Assembly (NCBI GenBank): GCA_963816355.1
Contig: CAWFKH010000003.1
Coordinates: forward strand, 1,536,001 to 1,600,000
Direction: 5' to 3'
DNA length: 64,000 nt
From: an uncultured Gemmatimonadales bacterium
GTDB taxonomy: Bacteria > Gemmatimonadota > Gemmatimonadetes > Longimicrobiales > RSA9
Made by a program: the position numbers and the translations under genes. Below the pieces are notes generated by a model that had not been told where the DNA came from, did no database searches, and worked only from the letters and a program-made list of their open reading frames with translations. How positions within the stretch are numbered: position 1 is the stretch's first letter; the number at the start of each line of letters is the position of its first letter. Of the stretch, positions 1 to 9,614 are shown piece by piece.

Positions 1-684
1 GCCGTAGGCGGGGGCGGAGCGGAGCGTCTTCTGGAGCTGCTTGCGGCGGCGGGAGAACGCGGCGCGGGTGAGCTCGCGGAGCTCGCGCTCCTCCTGCGGC
101 GTGAGGCGCGGCGGGACGTGCGGCCGGATGCGCAGCACGGCGGAGTCGACGTCGGGGACGGGGTGGAAGGCGCCGCGGCTCACGTCGAAGAGGCGCTCGA
201 CGTCGGCGAGCGCGCGCACGCCGACGGTGAGCGCGCCGTAGTCGCCGCCGCCCGGGTCGGCCAGGATGCGGTCGGCCACCTCCTTCTGCACCATCAACAC
301 GATGCAGGCGGGGCGCGTCGGCCGCTCGAGCAGCCAGAAGAGGATGGGCGTGGTGATGTTGTAAGGGATGTTGCCGACGACCTTGAGCCGGGCGACGTCG
401 TCCAGCTGGCGTTCGAGGTCGAACTCGAGGATGTCGCCGCGGACGATGCGAAAGCCGGCGAGGCCGCCCAGCTCCAGCTCCAGTGCGTCGGCGCAGCGGG
501 GGTCGAGCTCGACGGCGACGAGACGGCGGACGCGGCCGGCGAGGTGGCGCGTGAGGGCGCCCGTGCCGGGGCCGATCTCGAGGACGTCGTCGTCCGCCGT
601 CGGGTCCAGCGCCGCGACGATGCGCCGCTGCAGGTTCGGATCGAGGAGGAAGTTCTGAGCCAGGGAGCGGCGGGCGCGGATCAC
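1..684 (-). CDS. rsmA: 16S rRNA m6,2A1518/1519 dimethyltransferase (partial, runs off the left edge)
   Basis: Not in the ORF track. Read by hand from GTG at 684: MIRARRSLAQNFLLDPNLQRRIV...VLEIGPGTGALT...VVGNIPYNITTP; the frame is open to position 1. Confidence 0.93.
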   Translation of the reverse strand, partial: MIRARRSLAQNFLLDPNLQRRIVAALDPTADDDVLEIGPGTGALTRHLAGRVRRLVAVELDPRCADALELELGGLAGFRIVRGDILEFDLERQLDDVARLKVVGNIPYNITTPILFWLLERPTRPACIVLMVQKEVADRILADPGGGDYGALTVGVRALADVERLFDVSRGAFHPVPDVDSAVLRIRPHVPPRLTPQEERELRELTRAAFSRRRKQLQKTLRSAPAYG

Positions 685-688
685 GACG

Positions 689-2272
689 TCAGCTGCGGAC
701 GAGGACCGCGGTGCGGTCGTCGGGCGGGATCGCGGAAGAGGAAGCCGCCGCGGCGAGCGCGAAGAGGCGCTCGAGGATGTCGGCGGGCGAGCGCTCGTGC
801 ATCTCGCGCACGGCCGCGACGAGCTTCGCTTCGCCGCTGACGCCGCCCGCCGCGGAGAAGGCGTCGGAGAGGCCGTCGGTGAAGAGGCAGAGGAGGTCCT
901 CGGCGGGCGCCCACTCGACGGTGCGCTCGTGGTACTCGGCGAGCGGAAGCACGCCGAGCGGCGGACTGGTGGCGGCGAGCCGCTCCGCACCGCCGTCGCC
1001 GCGGATGCGGAACGCGTGCGGATGGCCGGCGCTCGCGTAGGTGATCCTGCCGGCGCCCGGATCGAGCACGCCGTAGAAGAGGGTCATGTACATCTCGGTC
1101 GACTCGAGCTCGCCGATCAGCGCCTGGTGGACGCGCTGCAGCACTTCGGCCGGCGGGTCGGACTCCTTGGCGTAGATGGCGACGGCGCTGAGCGTCAGGG
1201 CCATGATCAGCGCGGCGGAGAAGCCGTGGCTGGAGACGTCGCCGATCATGACGCCGAGGCGCTCGTGGGAGAGACGGAAGAGGTGGTAGAAGTCGCCGCC
1301 CACGGAGTCGGCCGGCACGCAGCGCGCCGCGACGTGGGCGGTGCCCTGGAAGCGCGAGACGTCCGGGAGCAGCTTCATCTGGAGGTCGTGCGCGAGCTCG
1401 AGCTCGCGGAGCAGCCGCTCCTGGCGCACGCTCTCCTCCATCAGCCGGTGCGTCTCGAGAGCGGCGCCGATCTGGCTGGCGATCGCCGCGAGCAGCCGCA
1501 CGTCGCCGGCGCTGAAGCGGACGTTCGAGGTGCGGCCGATCAGCGTGATGACGCCCACGGTCCGGCTCACGCCCTCCGGCGGCGTGAACTGGATCGGCAC
1601 GGAGAGGAACGCCTCGCGCTCGGACGGTCTCGGCTCGCGCGCGGAGCCGCGTGGGAGCGAGACGCCCTGCTCGAGGTTCACGGGCTGACGCTCGCGGAAC
1701 ACCTTGGCGGCGATCGAGTCCGGGTCCGCGGCGGCGATCGGCCCGCTCACGCCCTCGTCGCCCACCGAGGCGGTGAGGTGAAGGCGGCCGTCGTCGGCGT
1801 GGTAGACCCACAGCGAGGCGCGCCGGGCGCCGAGCAGGTCGGCGACCTCGGCCAGAATGCGGCCCGCCGCGGCCTCCAGGCTCACGACGGATCCGAGCGT
1901 CTCGCTGATCGAGTAGAGCAGGTTGATCTCCTCGTAGCGCTCGGCCAGCTCGCGGGCCGCGAGGCGCGCCTCCCGTTCGTACGCGATGATCCGCGTCACC
2001 GCGTCGACCAGGAAGGCGCGGTCGGGAGATGCCTCCCCTTCGCGGGGTGCCTCGCCGAGCTCGAGGTAGAGCGGCTCCGGACCGCGCTCGACGAGCACCA
2101 GGTCCGCTTCGCGAGGCGGCGGCGCGTCTTCACCCGGATAGAGCGCCTGCCACTCCTCCTCCCGCCGGCGCCACAAGCGCACGGCCGCGCCGGTGCCGCG
2201 GCTGCACGCGTCGAGCAGCGTCAGCACGGGCGCGGGCAGCGTTCCTCCGGCGTCCGACAGCGCGACGCTCAT
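689..2272 (-). CDS. GAF-domain SpoIIE/RsbU-type PP2C phosphatase
   Basis: GAF-like middle region; PP2C motifs GGDFY, GDVSSHG, FTDGL and DDRT; adjacent to anti-sigma genes. Confidence 0.9.
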   Translation of the reverse strand: MSVALSDAGGTLPAPVLTLLDACSRGTGAAVRLWRRREEEWQALYPGEDAPPPREADLVLVERGPEPLYLELGEAPREGEASPDRAFLVDAVTRIIAYEREARLAARELAERYEEINLLYSISETLGSVVSLEAAAGRILAEVADLLGARRASLWVYHADDGRLHLTASVGDEGVSGPIAAADPDSIAAKVFRERQPVNLEQGVSLPRGSAREPRPSEREAFLSVPIQFTPPEGVSRTVGVITLIGRTSNVRFSAGDVRLLAAIASQIGAALETHRLMEESVRQERLLRELELAHDLQMKLLPDVSRFQGTAHVAARCVPADSVGGDFYHLFRLSHERLGVMIGDVSSHGFSAALIMALTLSAVAIYAKESDPPAEVLQRVHQALIGELESTEMYMTLFYGVLDPGAGRITYASAGHPHAFRIRGDGGAERLAATSPPLGVLPLAEYHERTVEWAPAEDLLCLFTDGLSDAFSAAGGVSGEAKLVAAVREMHERSPADILERLFALAAAASSSAIPPDDRTAVLVRS

Positions 2273-2691
2273 CGCGGCCGCCGTTCCCGGGCGCGCAGGA
2301 CCATCGTGATCGAATTCCCTCGCTCGTTGAAGATCACTTCATCCATCAGCTTGCGAATCAGGAAGATGCCGCGTCCGCCAGGCCGGCGGCGGTTGTCGGG
2401 AAGGGTGGGATCGGGCACGTCGGCCGGGTTGAAGCCGCGGCCCTCGTCGGTGATGCGGACCGTCGCGCGCCCGGGGCTGAAGCGGGCCTCGACCCGCACG
2501 TGCTTCTCCGGGTCCCGGTCGTTGCCGTAGAGGATCGCATTGACGAGCGCTTCCGTCACGCCGACGCGGAAGTTGAGACGCAGCCGATCCTCGCCGAAAC
2601 CGGCTTCGCGGCAACGCTCGATCAGGTACTCGACGACCCGCTCGACAGCCCGCAGGTCGTTCTCGACCTCGAAGGTGTGCTTCGTCTGCAT
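2269..2691 (-). CDS. RsbW-like anti-sigma factor / Ser kinase (HATPase_c_2)
   Basis: EALVNAILYGN, DEGRGF and GGRGIFLI motifs. Confidence 0.9.
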   Translation of the reverse strand: MQTKHTFEVENDLRAVERVVEYLIERCREAGFGEDRLRLNFRVGVTEALVNAILYGNDRDPEKHVRVEARFSPGRATVRITDEGRGFNPADVPDPTLPDNRRRPGGRGIFLIRKLMDEVIFNERGNSITMVLRARERRPR

Positions 2692-2743
2692 CCCCTCGCG
2701 CGGCCCGCGCCGGCCGCTCTCGCCTTCCGGCCGCCGCGGCGGC

Positions 2744-3076
2744 TCAGAAGGACTCGAGCGCCTCTTCGCGGCTGTTCGCGATGTGGAAGAGCGTGTCGAG
2801 CTTCGTCAGCTCGAAGAGCGTGCGCAGATCGTCGTTCAGGTTGGCGAGGCGCAGCTCGCCGCCCTGCTCGCGGATCTTCTTCGACAGGGAGACGAGGACG
2901 CCGAGTCCGGAGGAGTCGATGTAGCCGGTGTCGGAGAAGTCGATCAGGAATCGGCGCGCGTCGTGCTCGAGCTCATCGAGCACCTTCTGCTTGAGCTCCT
3001 GGCGATTGCCGACGATCAGCTGTCCCTCCACGTCGATCACGGTGATGTCGCCCTGCTTCGAGACGTCGAACGCCAT
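2744..3076 (-). CDS. STAS-domain anti-anti-sigma factor (RsbV/SpoIIAA-like)
   Basis: YIDSSGLG phospho-Ser motif; 110 aa; GGAG RBS. Confidence 0.93.
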   Translation of the reverse strand: MAFDVSKQGDITVIDVEGQLIVGNRQELKQKVLDELEHDARRFLIDFSDTGYIDSSGLGVLVSLSKKIREQGGELRLANLNDDLRTLFELTKLDTLFHIANSREEALESF

Positions 3077-3142
3077 CGCATTCGCTCCTGGACCGGTTGT
3101 CGAGACTCGGGACGGGGCTCGCGTGTCGCAAGTAGCGAGCCG

Positions 3143-4132
3143 CTATGCTTGCAGTGCCGTGATGCACGCGACGTTGACAATGTCGCCGACGCTCGCCCCG
3201 CGCGAAAGATCGTTGATCGGCCGCGCGAACCCCTGAACGATCGGGCCGTACGCCTCCGCGCCCGCGAGCCGCTGCACCAGCTTGTACGCGATGTTGCCGG
3301 CGTCGAGGTCCGGGAAGACGAGCACGTTCGCCGAACCCGCGACCGCGGAACCGGGCACTTTCCGCCGGGCGACGTCCGGCACCAGCGCTGCGTCCGCCTG
3401 AAGCTCGCCGTCCGCCGCCACGTCCGGCCGCGCCTCGCGGAACAGCGCCAGCGCCTCGCGCACCTTCTCGACGCTCCGGCCGCCCGCGCTGCCGTGCGTC
3501 GAGTAGGAGAGGAAGGCGACGACCGGTTCGTCACCGACGATCGCGCGCCGCGAGTCCGCGGCGGCGGCGGCGATGTCGACCAGCTCCTCCGCCCGCGGAT
3601 CGGGCACCACCCCCGCGTCGGTGAACGTGAGCACCTCCTCGCCGCGCCCGCGGAAATCCCGCACCACCATGTAGAACGACGACGACACCGTTCGCACGCC
3701 CGGCACCTTCTCCACGCACTTCAGCCCGGCCCGCAGCACGTCCGCCGTAGCGGTCGCGGCGCCGGCGACGAGTCCGTCCGCCGCACCCGCCGCCAGGAGC
3801 AGCGCGCCGTAGAGCAGGGGGTCGAGGACACGCTGGCCGGCGTCCTCGACGGAAGCGGCGCCGCCGCGCGGGAGGCGGAAGAGCAGCGCGGCGAGAGCGT
3901 CGCGGCGGCCGTCGGAGCGCGGGTCGACCACGCCGACCTCCTCGCCGCCGCCGTGGAGGCGCAGACGTTCGCGGATCGCGTCGGCATCGCCGAGGAGGAG
4001 CGGCCGCGCGAGCCGGTCGCGCGCGAGCTGCAGCGCGGCGAGGACGACGCGTTCGTCGTGGGCCTCGGGGAACGCGATGGTGCGCACCCTCTCCCGCGCG
4101 CGAGCGCGGATCCGTTCGACGAACGGCGTCAC
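3143..4132 (-). CDS. pta: Phosphate acetyltransferase (short PTA_PTB type)
   Basis: IAFPEA, DGELQADAA, FPDLDAGNIAYK and NDLSRG motifs. Confidence 0.92.
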   Translation of the reverse strand: MTPFVERIRARARERVRTIAFPEAHDERVVLAALQLARDRLARPLLLGDADAIRERLRLHGGGEEVGVVDPRSDGRRDALAALLFRLPRGGAASVEDAGQRVLDPLLYGALLLAAGAADGLVAGAATATADVLRAGLKCVEKVPGVRTVSSSFYMVVRDFRGRGEEVLTFTDAGVVPDPRAEELVDIAAAAADSRRAIVGDEPVVAFLSYSTHGSAGGRSVEKVREALALFREARPDVAADGELQADAALVPDVARRKVPGSAVAGSANVLVFPDLDAGNIAYKLVQRLAGAEAYGPIVQGFARPINDLSRGASVGDIVNVACITALQA

Positions 4133-4145
4133 GCGGGGGAAACGC

Positions 4146-4655
4146 TCACACGCCCGGCTTCTCGAACTTCCGCCGCAGGCGCTCGGCGATCGAGGGGGAG
4201 ACGAAGCCGCTGACGTCGCCGCCGAGCGAGGCGACTTCCCGCACGAGCGAGGCGGAGAGGAAGGAGTGGTTGACGTCGGGGGCGAGGAAGACCGTTTCGA
4301 TGTCCGGCCACAGCTCCCGGTTCATCAGCGCCATCTGGAACTCGTACTCGAAGTCCGAGACGGCGCGCAGACCGCGGATGATGAGCCGCGCGCCCCGCTC
4401 GCGGGCGAAGTCGACCAGCAGGCCGGAGAACTGCGCGGTCTCGACGCCCGGCTCGTCGCCGAAGACCTCGTGGATCATCTCGACGCGATCCGCGACGGGG
4501 AAGAGAGCGCTCTTCGCGTGCGTCGGACGGTGGGCGACGCTGACGATCACGCGGTCGCAGAAGCGGAGCGCCCGGCGGACGATGTCCTCGTGGCCACGCG
4601 TGATCGGGTCGAAGGAGCCCGGATAGAGGGCGAGGTGTCGCGCTGCGTCGTTCAT
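4146..4655 (-). CDS. coaD: Phosphopantetheine adenylyltransferase
   Basis: YPGSFDPITRGH and RGLRAVSDFEYE motifs; start refined to ATG 4655 within track ORF 4146..5507. Confidence 0.95.
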   Translation of the reverse strand: MNDAARHLALYPGSFDPITRGHEDIVRRALRFCDRVIVSVAHRPTHAKSALFPVADRVEMIHEVFGDEPGVETAQFSGLLVDFARERGARLIIRGLRAVSDFEYEFQMALMNRELWPDIETVFLAPDVNHSFLSASLVREVASLGGDVSGFVSPSIAERLRRKFEKPGV

Positions 4656-5179
4656 GGCCGGGCCGGGATCATCGTGAGCATGGTGTCGCCGTAGCGCCGT
4701 TGCCGGGCGCCGGCGAGCGCGGGCAGCTTCTCCCCTACCCGGTGCTCGATCCAGAGCACGGCGGCGAAGGGGATGGCGAGGAAGGCGCGCGCGAGGGCGT
4801 CGGCCTGCCCCGTCTCGTACGGCGGATCCGCGAGCGCGACGTCGTAGGCGCCCGCCTCCAGGGCGGAAGCGTAACGCAGCGCATCGCCGCGCACCACCTC
4901 CGCCTCGTCGCGCGCGCCGAGCGCATCGAGGTTCTCGCCGAGCGCGCGCAGCGCCGCGGCCGCCCGCTCGACGAAGGTGACGTGGTCGGCGCCGCGCGAG
5001 AGCGCCTCGAGGCCGAGCGCGCCCGACCCCGCGTACAGGTCGAGCACGCGCGCTCCGGGCAGGGACGGCTGCAACATGCTCATCCAGGCCTCGCGGACCC
5101 GGTCCGTCGTCGGCCGCGTCGCACGCCCCTTCGGCGAGGCGATCGGTCGGCCGCCCCAGCGCCCGGCGATGATCCTCAC
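4652..5179 (-). CDS. rsmD: 16S rRNA m2G966 methyltransferase
   Basis: RIIAG...RPTTDRVRE, LDLYAGSGALGLEALSRGA and DPPY motifs; GTG start at 5179 overlaps the recJ stop. Confidence 0.93.
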   Translation of the reverse strand: MRIIAGRWGGRPIASPKGRATRPTTDRVREAWMSMLQPSLPGARVLDLYAGSGALGLEALSRGADHVTFVERAAAALRALGENLDALGARDEAEVVRGDALRYASALEAGAYDVALADPPYETGQADALARAFLAIPFAAVLWIEHRVGEKLPALAGARQRRYGDTMLTMIPARP

Positions 5180-6933
5180 GCGGCCGGCGAGGAGCCGGCC
5201 GGCGGACGGAGATCGAGCACGCGCGCCTGGATGCGGGTGCGGCCGTTCCAGCGGTCCTCCTGGAGATGGAACGCCACGTCGATCGTCTCGCCTCCACGGA
5301 TCCGGGGATCGATGCGGTCGGCGAGGCCGAAGGCGATGCCCGCCACGCGTGCATCGCCCTGCCGCAGATCCAGGCGCAGGTGGTTCTCGCCCACGCGCTT
5401 CGGCGCCGCCGCCAGCCGCGCCGCCCGCGCCACGAACACCGGCGTCGGATTGCCCACGCCGAACGGCCCGAGGTGGGCGAGGAGCCGCAGCAGCTCGCCG
5501 TTCGCATCCGCCAGCGGCAGCTCGAGGTCGTATTCGACTTCGCCGCTCAGGTCGCGGTCGGCCAGCTCCGCGGCGGCGCGCGCGTTGAACGCGGCGCGGA
5601 AGGCGGCGAGGCGGTCCTCGCTCACGTCGAAGCCGGCGGCCTGGCGGTGGCCGCCGAAGCGCTCGAGGTGATCGCCGCAGTCGCGGATCGCTGCGAACAG
5701 GTCGAAGCCGCGAACCGAGCGCGCGCTGCCGCGGCCGCGGCCGCCGGCGAGCGCCACCAGCGCGGTGGGCCGGTGCACCTCCTCGACGACGCGTGACGCG
5801 ACGATGCCGATGACCCCCGGATGCCACCCCTCCCGCGCGAGCACCAGGCCGAAGTCGCGCGCCGGATCGTAATCGGCTTCCAGCAGCGCCATCGCCTCGC
5901 CCAGCGTCTCGCGATCGACCTCGCGACGGCGCCGGTTCGACGCCTCGAGCTCGCGCGCCAGCGTCGCCGCTTCCGCCTCGTCGTCGGTCAGGAAGAGCCG
6001 CAGGGCCCATTCCGCCTCGCCCACCCGGCCCGCCGCGTTGATGCGCGGCCCGAGACCGTGACTGAGGTGACCCGCCGACAGCGGCCCGTCCGCCAGCCCC
6101 GCCTCCCGAAGCAGGGCGCGCACCCCCGCCTTGCGCGAGCGCGGCAGGACGCGCAGGCCGTAGCGCACGAACACCCGGTTCTCCCCCCGCAGCGGCACCA
6201 GGTCCGCCACGGTGGCGAGCGCCACCAGGTCGAGGTGGTAGAGGAGGTCCTCCTCGTCCCCGTCCTCCGCCTGCACCAGCGCCTGGCACAACTTGAACGC
6301 CACGCCCGCGCCGCACAGCCCCTTGTGCGGATACGTGCAGTCCGGCCGGCCCGGGTCGACCACCGCCACCGCTGGCGGCAGCGTGGCCCCCGGCCGGTGG
6401 TGGTCCGTCACGACGACGTCGATCCCCGCCGCGCGCGCCGCCGCGACGGCGTGGGCGGCCCCGATGCCGCAGTCGCCCGTGAGCACGAGCCGTGCGCCGA
6501 CCTCCGCCGCGCGCCGCACCCCGGCCGCGCCGAAGTCGTAGCCGTCCCGCACGCGGTGCGGCACGAACGGCTCGACGCGGGCGCCCAGCGAGCGCAGCAC
6601 ACGGGTGTAGAGCGCGGCCGTACACACGCCGTCGACGTCGTAGTCCCCGTGCACGAGGATCGTCTCGCCCGCGCGGATCGCGGCGCGGATGCGCGTGACG
6701 GCGTCGTCGAGGCCGGCGAGGGCGTGCGGATCGTGGAGCTGGTCCAGGCGGGGTCGCAGGAAGGTGCGGGCGGTCGCGTCGGATGCGTGGCCGCGCGCGA
6801 CCAGGAGCTGGCCGAGCGGGAGCGGCAAACGGAGCGCCGAGGCGAGGGCGGCGGCCTGCGAAGCCGCGTCCTGTCCGCCGCGGGTGCGGGGGACCCAGCG
6901 TCGGGGCCGCCGATCGATCGCCTGCGAGAGCAT
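5176..6933 (-). CDS. recJ: Single-stranded DNA exonuclease RecJ
   Basis: GDYDVDG, TDHH, PRINAAGR and GGH (DHHA1) motifs; PFGVGNP. Confidence 0.95.
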   Translation of the reverse strand: MLSQAIDRRPRRWVPRTRGGQDAASQAAALASALRLPLPLGQLLVARGHASDATARTFLRPRLDQLHDPHALAGLDDAVTRIRAAIRAGETILVHGDYDVDGVCTAALYTRVLRSLGARVEPFVPHRVRDGYDFGAAGVRRAAEVGARLVLTGDCGIGAAHAVAAARAAGIDVVVTDHHRPGATLPPAVAVVDPGRPDCTYPHKGLCGAGVAFKLCQALVQAEDGDEEDLLYHLDLVALATVADLVPLRGENRVFVRYGLRVLPRSRKAGVRALLREAGLADGPLSAGHLSHGLGPRINAAGRVGEAEWALRLFLTDDEAEAATLARELEASNRRRREVDRETLGEAMALLEADYDPARDFGLVLAREGWHPGVIGIVASRVVEEVHRPTALVALAGGRGRGSARSVRGFDLFAAIRDCGDHLERFGGHRQAAGFDVSEDRLAAFRAAFNARAAAELADRDLSGEVEYDLELPLADANGELLRLLAHLGPFGVGNPTPVFVARAARLAAAPKRVGENHLRLDLRQGDARVAGIAFGLADRIDPRIRGGETIDVAFHLQEDRWNGRTRIQARVLDLRPPAGSSPAA

Positions 6934-6938
6934 CCCGC

Positions 6939-6968
6939 AGTGTATGCCGCGCCTGGCGGACGCGGCAA
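6939..6968 (-). promoter_or_regulatory. Putative sigma70 promoter for recJ (TTGCCG-18-TACACT)
   Basis: Read by eye; the -10 box ends 5 nt before the ATG. Confidence 0.4.
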
Positions 6969-6981
6969 GGTGCCGTCCGGG

Positions 6982-7689
6982 TCAGTCCTCGGCGTAGAGG
7001 ATCACGCCGCACTGCTCGCAGCGGACGAGCGCGCCGGCGCGGCGGATCTCCGTCTGCCGCTGGATCGGCACCATGCTGAAGCAGTGGCCGCACGCGCCGT
7101 CGGCGGTGAGCGCCGCGAGCGCCGTCCGCGTACGGCCGCCGCGCACGCGCTCGTAGAGCTGCCGTGCGGGGGCCGCGATGCGGTCCGTCTGCCCTTCGCG
7201 CTGGCCGACGAGCGCTTCGAGCTCGTGGACGGCCGACGCGCGCTCGTCGAGCAGCGCCTTGCGCCTCGGCTCCAGCTCCGCGAGCGCGGCGTCGCGCTTG
7301 CCGGTGAGCTCGTCGAGCTTCAGCTCCGAGCGCTTCGACTGGTCCATCTTCTCGATCGCCTCACGCTCGTCCGCCTCCAGCGCGCGACGCACCAGATCGA
7401 GCTCGCTCTGGGCCGCCGCCTGCTCGCGCGCGTCTCGCACGCGCATGAGGCGGTCCTCGTACTTCTTGAGCCGGTCGCGCTTCTCGTCCGCCGCTCGCTC
7501 GAGCCGCCGTGCCTCGGTGCGCTGCTCGTCGAGCGTGGAGCGCACCGCTTCGATCTCCTTCTCCAGTGCGCCGACCGGTGCATCGATCTCTTCCAGGAGC
7601 GGGTCGAACTCGGCGACCTTGCGCTCCGCCCCCTCGATCTGCTCGTCGAGGTCCTGCAACGTGATCAGTGAGTGGTGTAGCTCTTCCAT
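6982..7689 (-). CDS. Coiled-coil protein with C-terminal C4 zinc ribbon (CT398/DUF164-like)
   Basis: Long charged coiled coil followed by CGHC...CEQCGVIL. Confidence 0.88.
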   Translation of the reverse strand: MEELHHSLITLQDLDEQIEGAERKVAEFDPLLEEIDAPVGALEKEIEAVRSTLDEQRTEARRLERAADEKRDRLKKYEDRLMRVRDAREQAAAQSELDLVRRALEADEREAIEKMDQSKRSELKLDELTGKRDAALAELEPRRKALLDERASAVHELEALVGQREGQTDRIAAPARQLYERVRGGRTRTALAALTADGACGHCFSMVPIQRQTEIRRAGALVRCEQCGVILYAED

Positions 7690-7727
7690 GTCCCTGGCTC
7701 GTCTCGCTCTTCCGGGTGTCGTGAATC

Positions 7728-9614
7728 CTACCGCCCCAGCCGCCCAGACCGCTGGTCCCTGCCGCGTTTTCTTACTCGGCGCTCGACCTGACGTTGCATG
7801 CCGCGAAGCTCCCGCGCCAGATCCAGCCGCTCCCGCACGTACGACGCGAGCGCCGTCGCGTCGCCCTTAGACTCCGCGAGCGGGAGCAGCCGGTCAAGCT
7901 CGTCGAGCCTCCGATGCAGCCGCTCGGAGCGGATGTCGTCGACGAGACCGCCGAACATCCGCTCGGCCTCGCTGAGTTCTTCCGGGTCCGCGAGCAGATC
8001 ATTCATCCGCGAGCGGGCCTCCGGCCCCAGCTCCAGTGCCGCCACCGGCGGCGCCCCCGTGTCCTCCGGCCCCGGTGCGGGCAGCGCGATGAGCGCCGCG
8101 AAGATCTCGCGATAGAACGGATCCGTGAAATCCTCCACGGCCAGCCGTTCGGCGGCGCCCGCGATGTGCGCCCGGTCGCGCAGCAGCAGCAGCAGCAGCT
8201 GTCGCTGTCCGGCGAGCCCCGGCGTCGCCTCGGCGCGCCCCCGCGCCTCGCCCCGCCGCGCGCCAGGCTCCCCGCGCGTCGGCATCCCCGGCCCTGCGGC
8301 GGAGGCGGCCGGCGCTTCCCGGCGAGGCGGCGCCTGCCGCAGCTCCTCCTCGAGCGTACCCCGTCGGATACCCGTCTTCCTGGCGATCGTGTCAATGTAC
8401 AGGTCGCGGAGCGCCGGGTCGACCACCGCGCGCAAAGTGGGCAGCAGACGGTCGAGCGCGCGGCGGGTGCCCTGGATGTCGTCGAAGTAGTGGTGCTCTT
8501 CCAGGATCTGCAGCTTCCTCTCGAGCACGTCCACCGCGCCCTCGAGAACCTTGCGCAGCGGCGCGCCGCCCCGCTCGCGCACCAGCGAATCGGGATCTTC
8601 GCCCTCCGGCAGCGTCGCGACCAGCGGGTGCGCCCCCGCGCGCAGCAGGACGTCGCCGCTGCGGAAGGTGGCGCGCAGCCCCGCGGCGTCGCTGTCGTAG
8701 AGGAGGTAGACCTTGCGGGCGTAGCGCGCGAGCAGCTCCGCCTGCTCCTCGGTCATCGAGGTCCCGAGCGGCGCGACCACGTTCTCCACGCCGCGGGCGG
8801 CGAGCGAGACGAAGTCCATGTACCCCTCGACGACGAGGGCGGCCTCGTCACGGCGGATCGCGTTCTTCGCCCAGTTCAGCCCGTAGAGCACGCGGCCCTT
8901 GTGGTAAATCGGCGTCTCCGGCGAGTTGAGGTATTTGGGAGATCCCTCGCCAGCCCGGCCCAGGACGCGGCCGCCGAACGCGATGGTACGGCCGCCGAGG
9001 TCGCGGATCGGAAACACGACGCGGTCGCGCAGCCGGTCGTACGGCTCCGCCGCGCGCTCGCTCTCCTTCACCAGGCCCGCTTCGAGCAGCAGGGCCTCGT
9101 CCATCCCGTGCGCCGCGGCGGCCTCGATCAGCGCACGCCACGCGTCGGGCGCGTAGCCGATGGCGAAGCGCTCGATGGCGGCGCCGTCGACGGCGCGCTC
9201 CGCCAGGTAGCGACGCGCGCGCGCCCCCGCCTCGCCTTCGAGTTGGCGGCGGTAGAAGTCCTCGGCGAAGGCGATCGCCTCGTACAGCGGCCGGTTCCGC
9301 TCCTGCTCGGGAGAGGGTCCCGCGTCCTCGGGGACTTCCACGCCGACGCGCGCCGCGACCATGCGCACCGCATCGGGGAAGTCGACGCCCAGCCGCTCCA
9401 TCAGGAAGGTGAACACGTCGCCGGAGACGCCACACCCGAAACAGTTGTAGAAGCCCTTCGCGGGTACGACGTAGAACGACGGCGTCTTCTCGGTGTGGAA
9501 GGGGCAGAGGGCGCGGTACTCCTTGCCCGCCTTCTTCAGCGGCACGTGCTCGCCGACAATGTCGACGATGTCGGCGCGGGCGCGCACCTCCTCGACGATC
9601 GAGTCCGGGATCAC
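7728..9614 (-). CDS. dnaG: DNA primase
   Basis: CPFHTEKTPSF and CFGC zinc finger, KYLNSPET, VVEGYMD and YDSD TOPRIM motifs; GTG start at 9614. Confidence 0.96.
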   Translation of the reverse strand: MIPDSIVEEVRARADIVDIVGEHVPLKKAGKEYRALCPFHTEKTPSFYVVPAKGFYNCFGCGVSGDVFTFLMERLGVDFPDAVRMVAARVGVEVPEDAGPSPEQERNRPLYEAIAFAEDFYRRQLEGEAGARARRYLAERAVDGAAIERFAIGYAPDAWRALIEAAAAHGMDEALLLEAGLVKESERAAEPYDRLRDRVVFPIRDLGGRTIAFGGRVLGRAGEGSPKYLNSPETPIYHKGRVLYGLNWAKNAIRRDEAALVVEGYMDFVSLAARGVENVVAPLGTSMTEEQAELLARYARKVYLLYDSDAAGLRATFRSGDVLLRAGAHPLVATLPEGEDPDSLVRERGGAPLRKVLEGAVDVLERKLQILEEHHYFDDIQGTRRALDRLLPTLRAVVDPALRDLYIDTIARKTGIRRGTLEEELRQAPPRREAPAASAAGPGMPTRGEPGARRGEARGRAEATPGLAGQRQLLLLLLRDRAHIAGAAERLAVEDFTDPFYREIFAALIALPAPGPEDTGAPPVAALELGPEARSRMNDLLADPEELSEAERMFGGLVDDIRSERLHRRLDELDRLLPLAESKGDATALASYVRERLDLARELRGMQRQVERRVRKRGRDQRSGRLGR

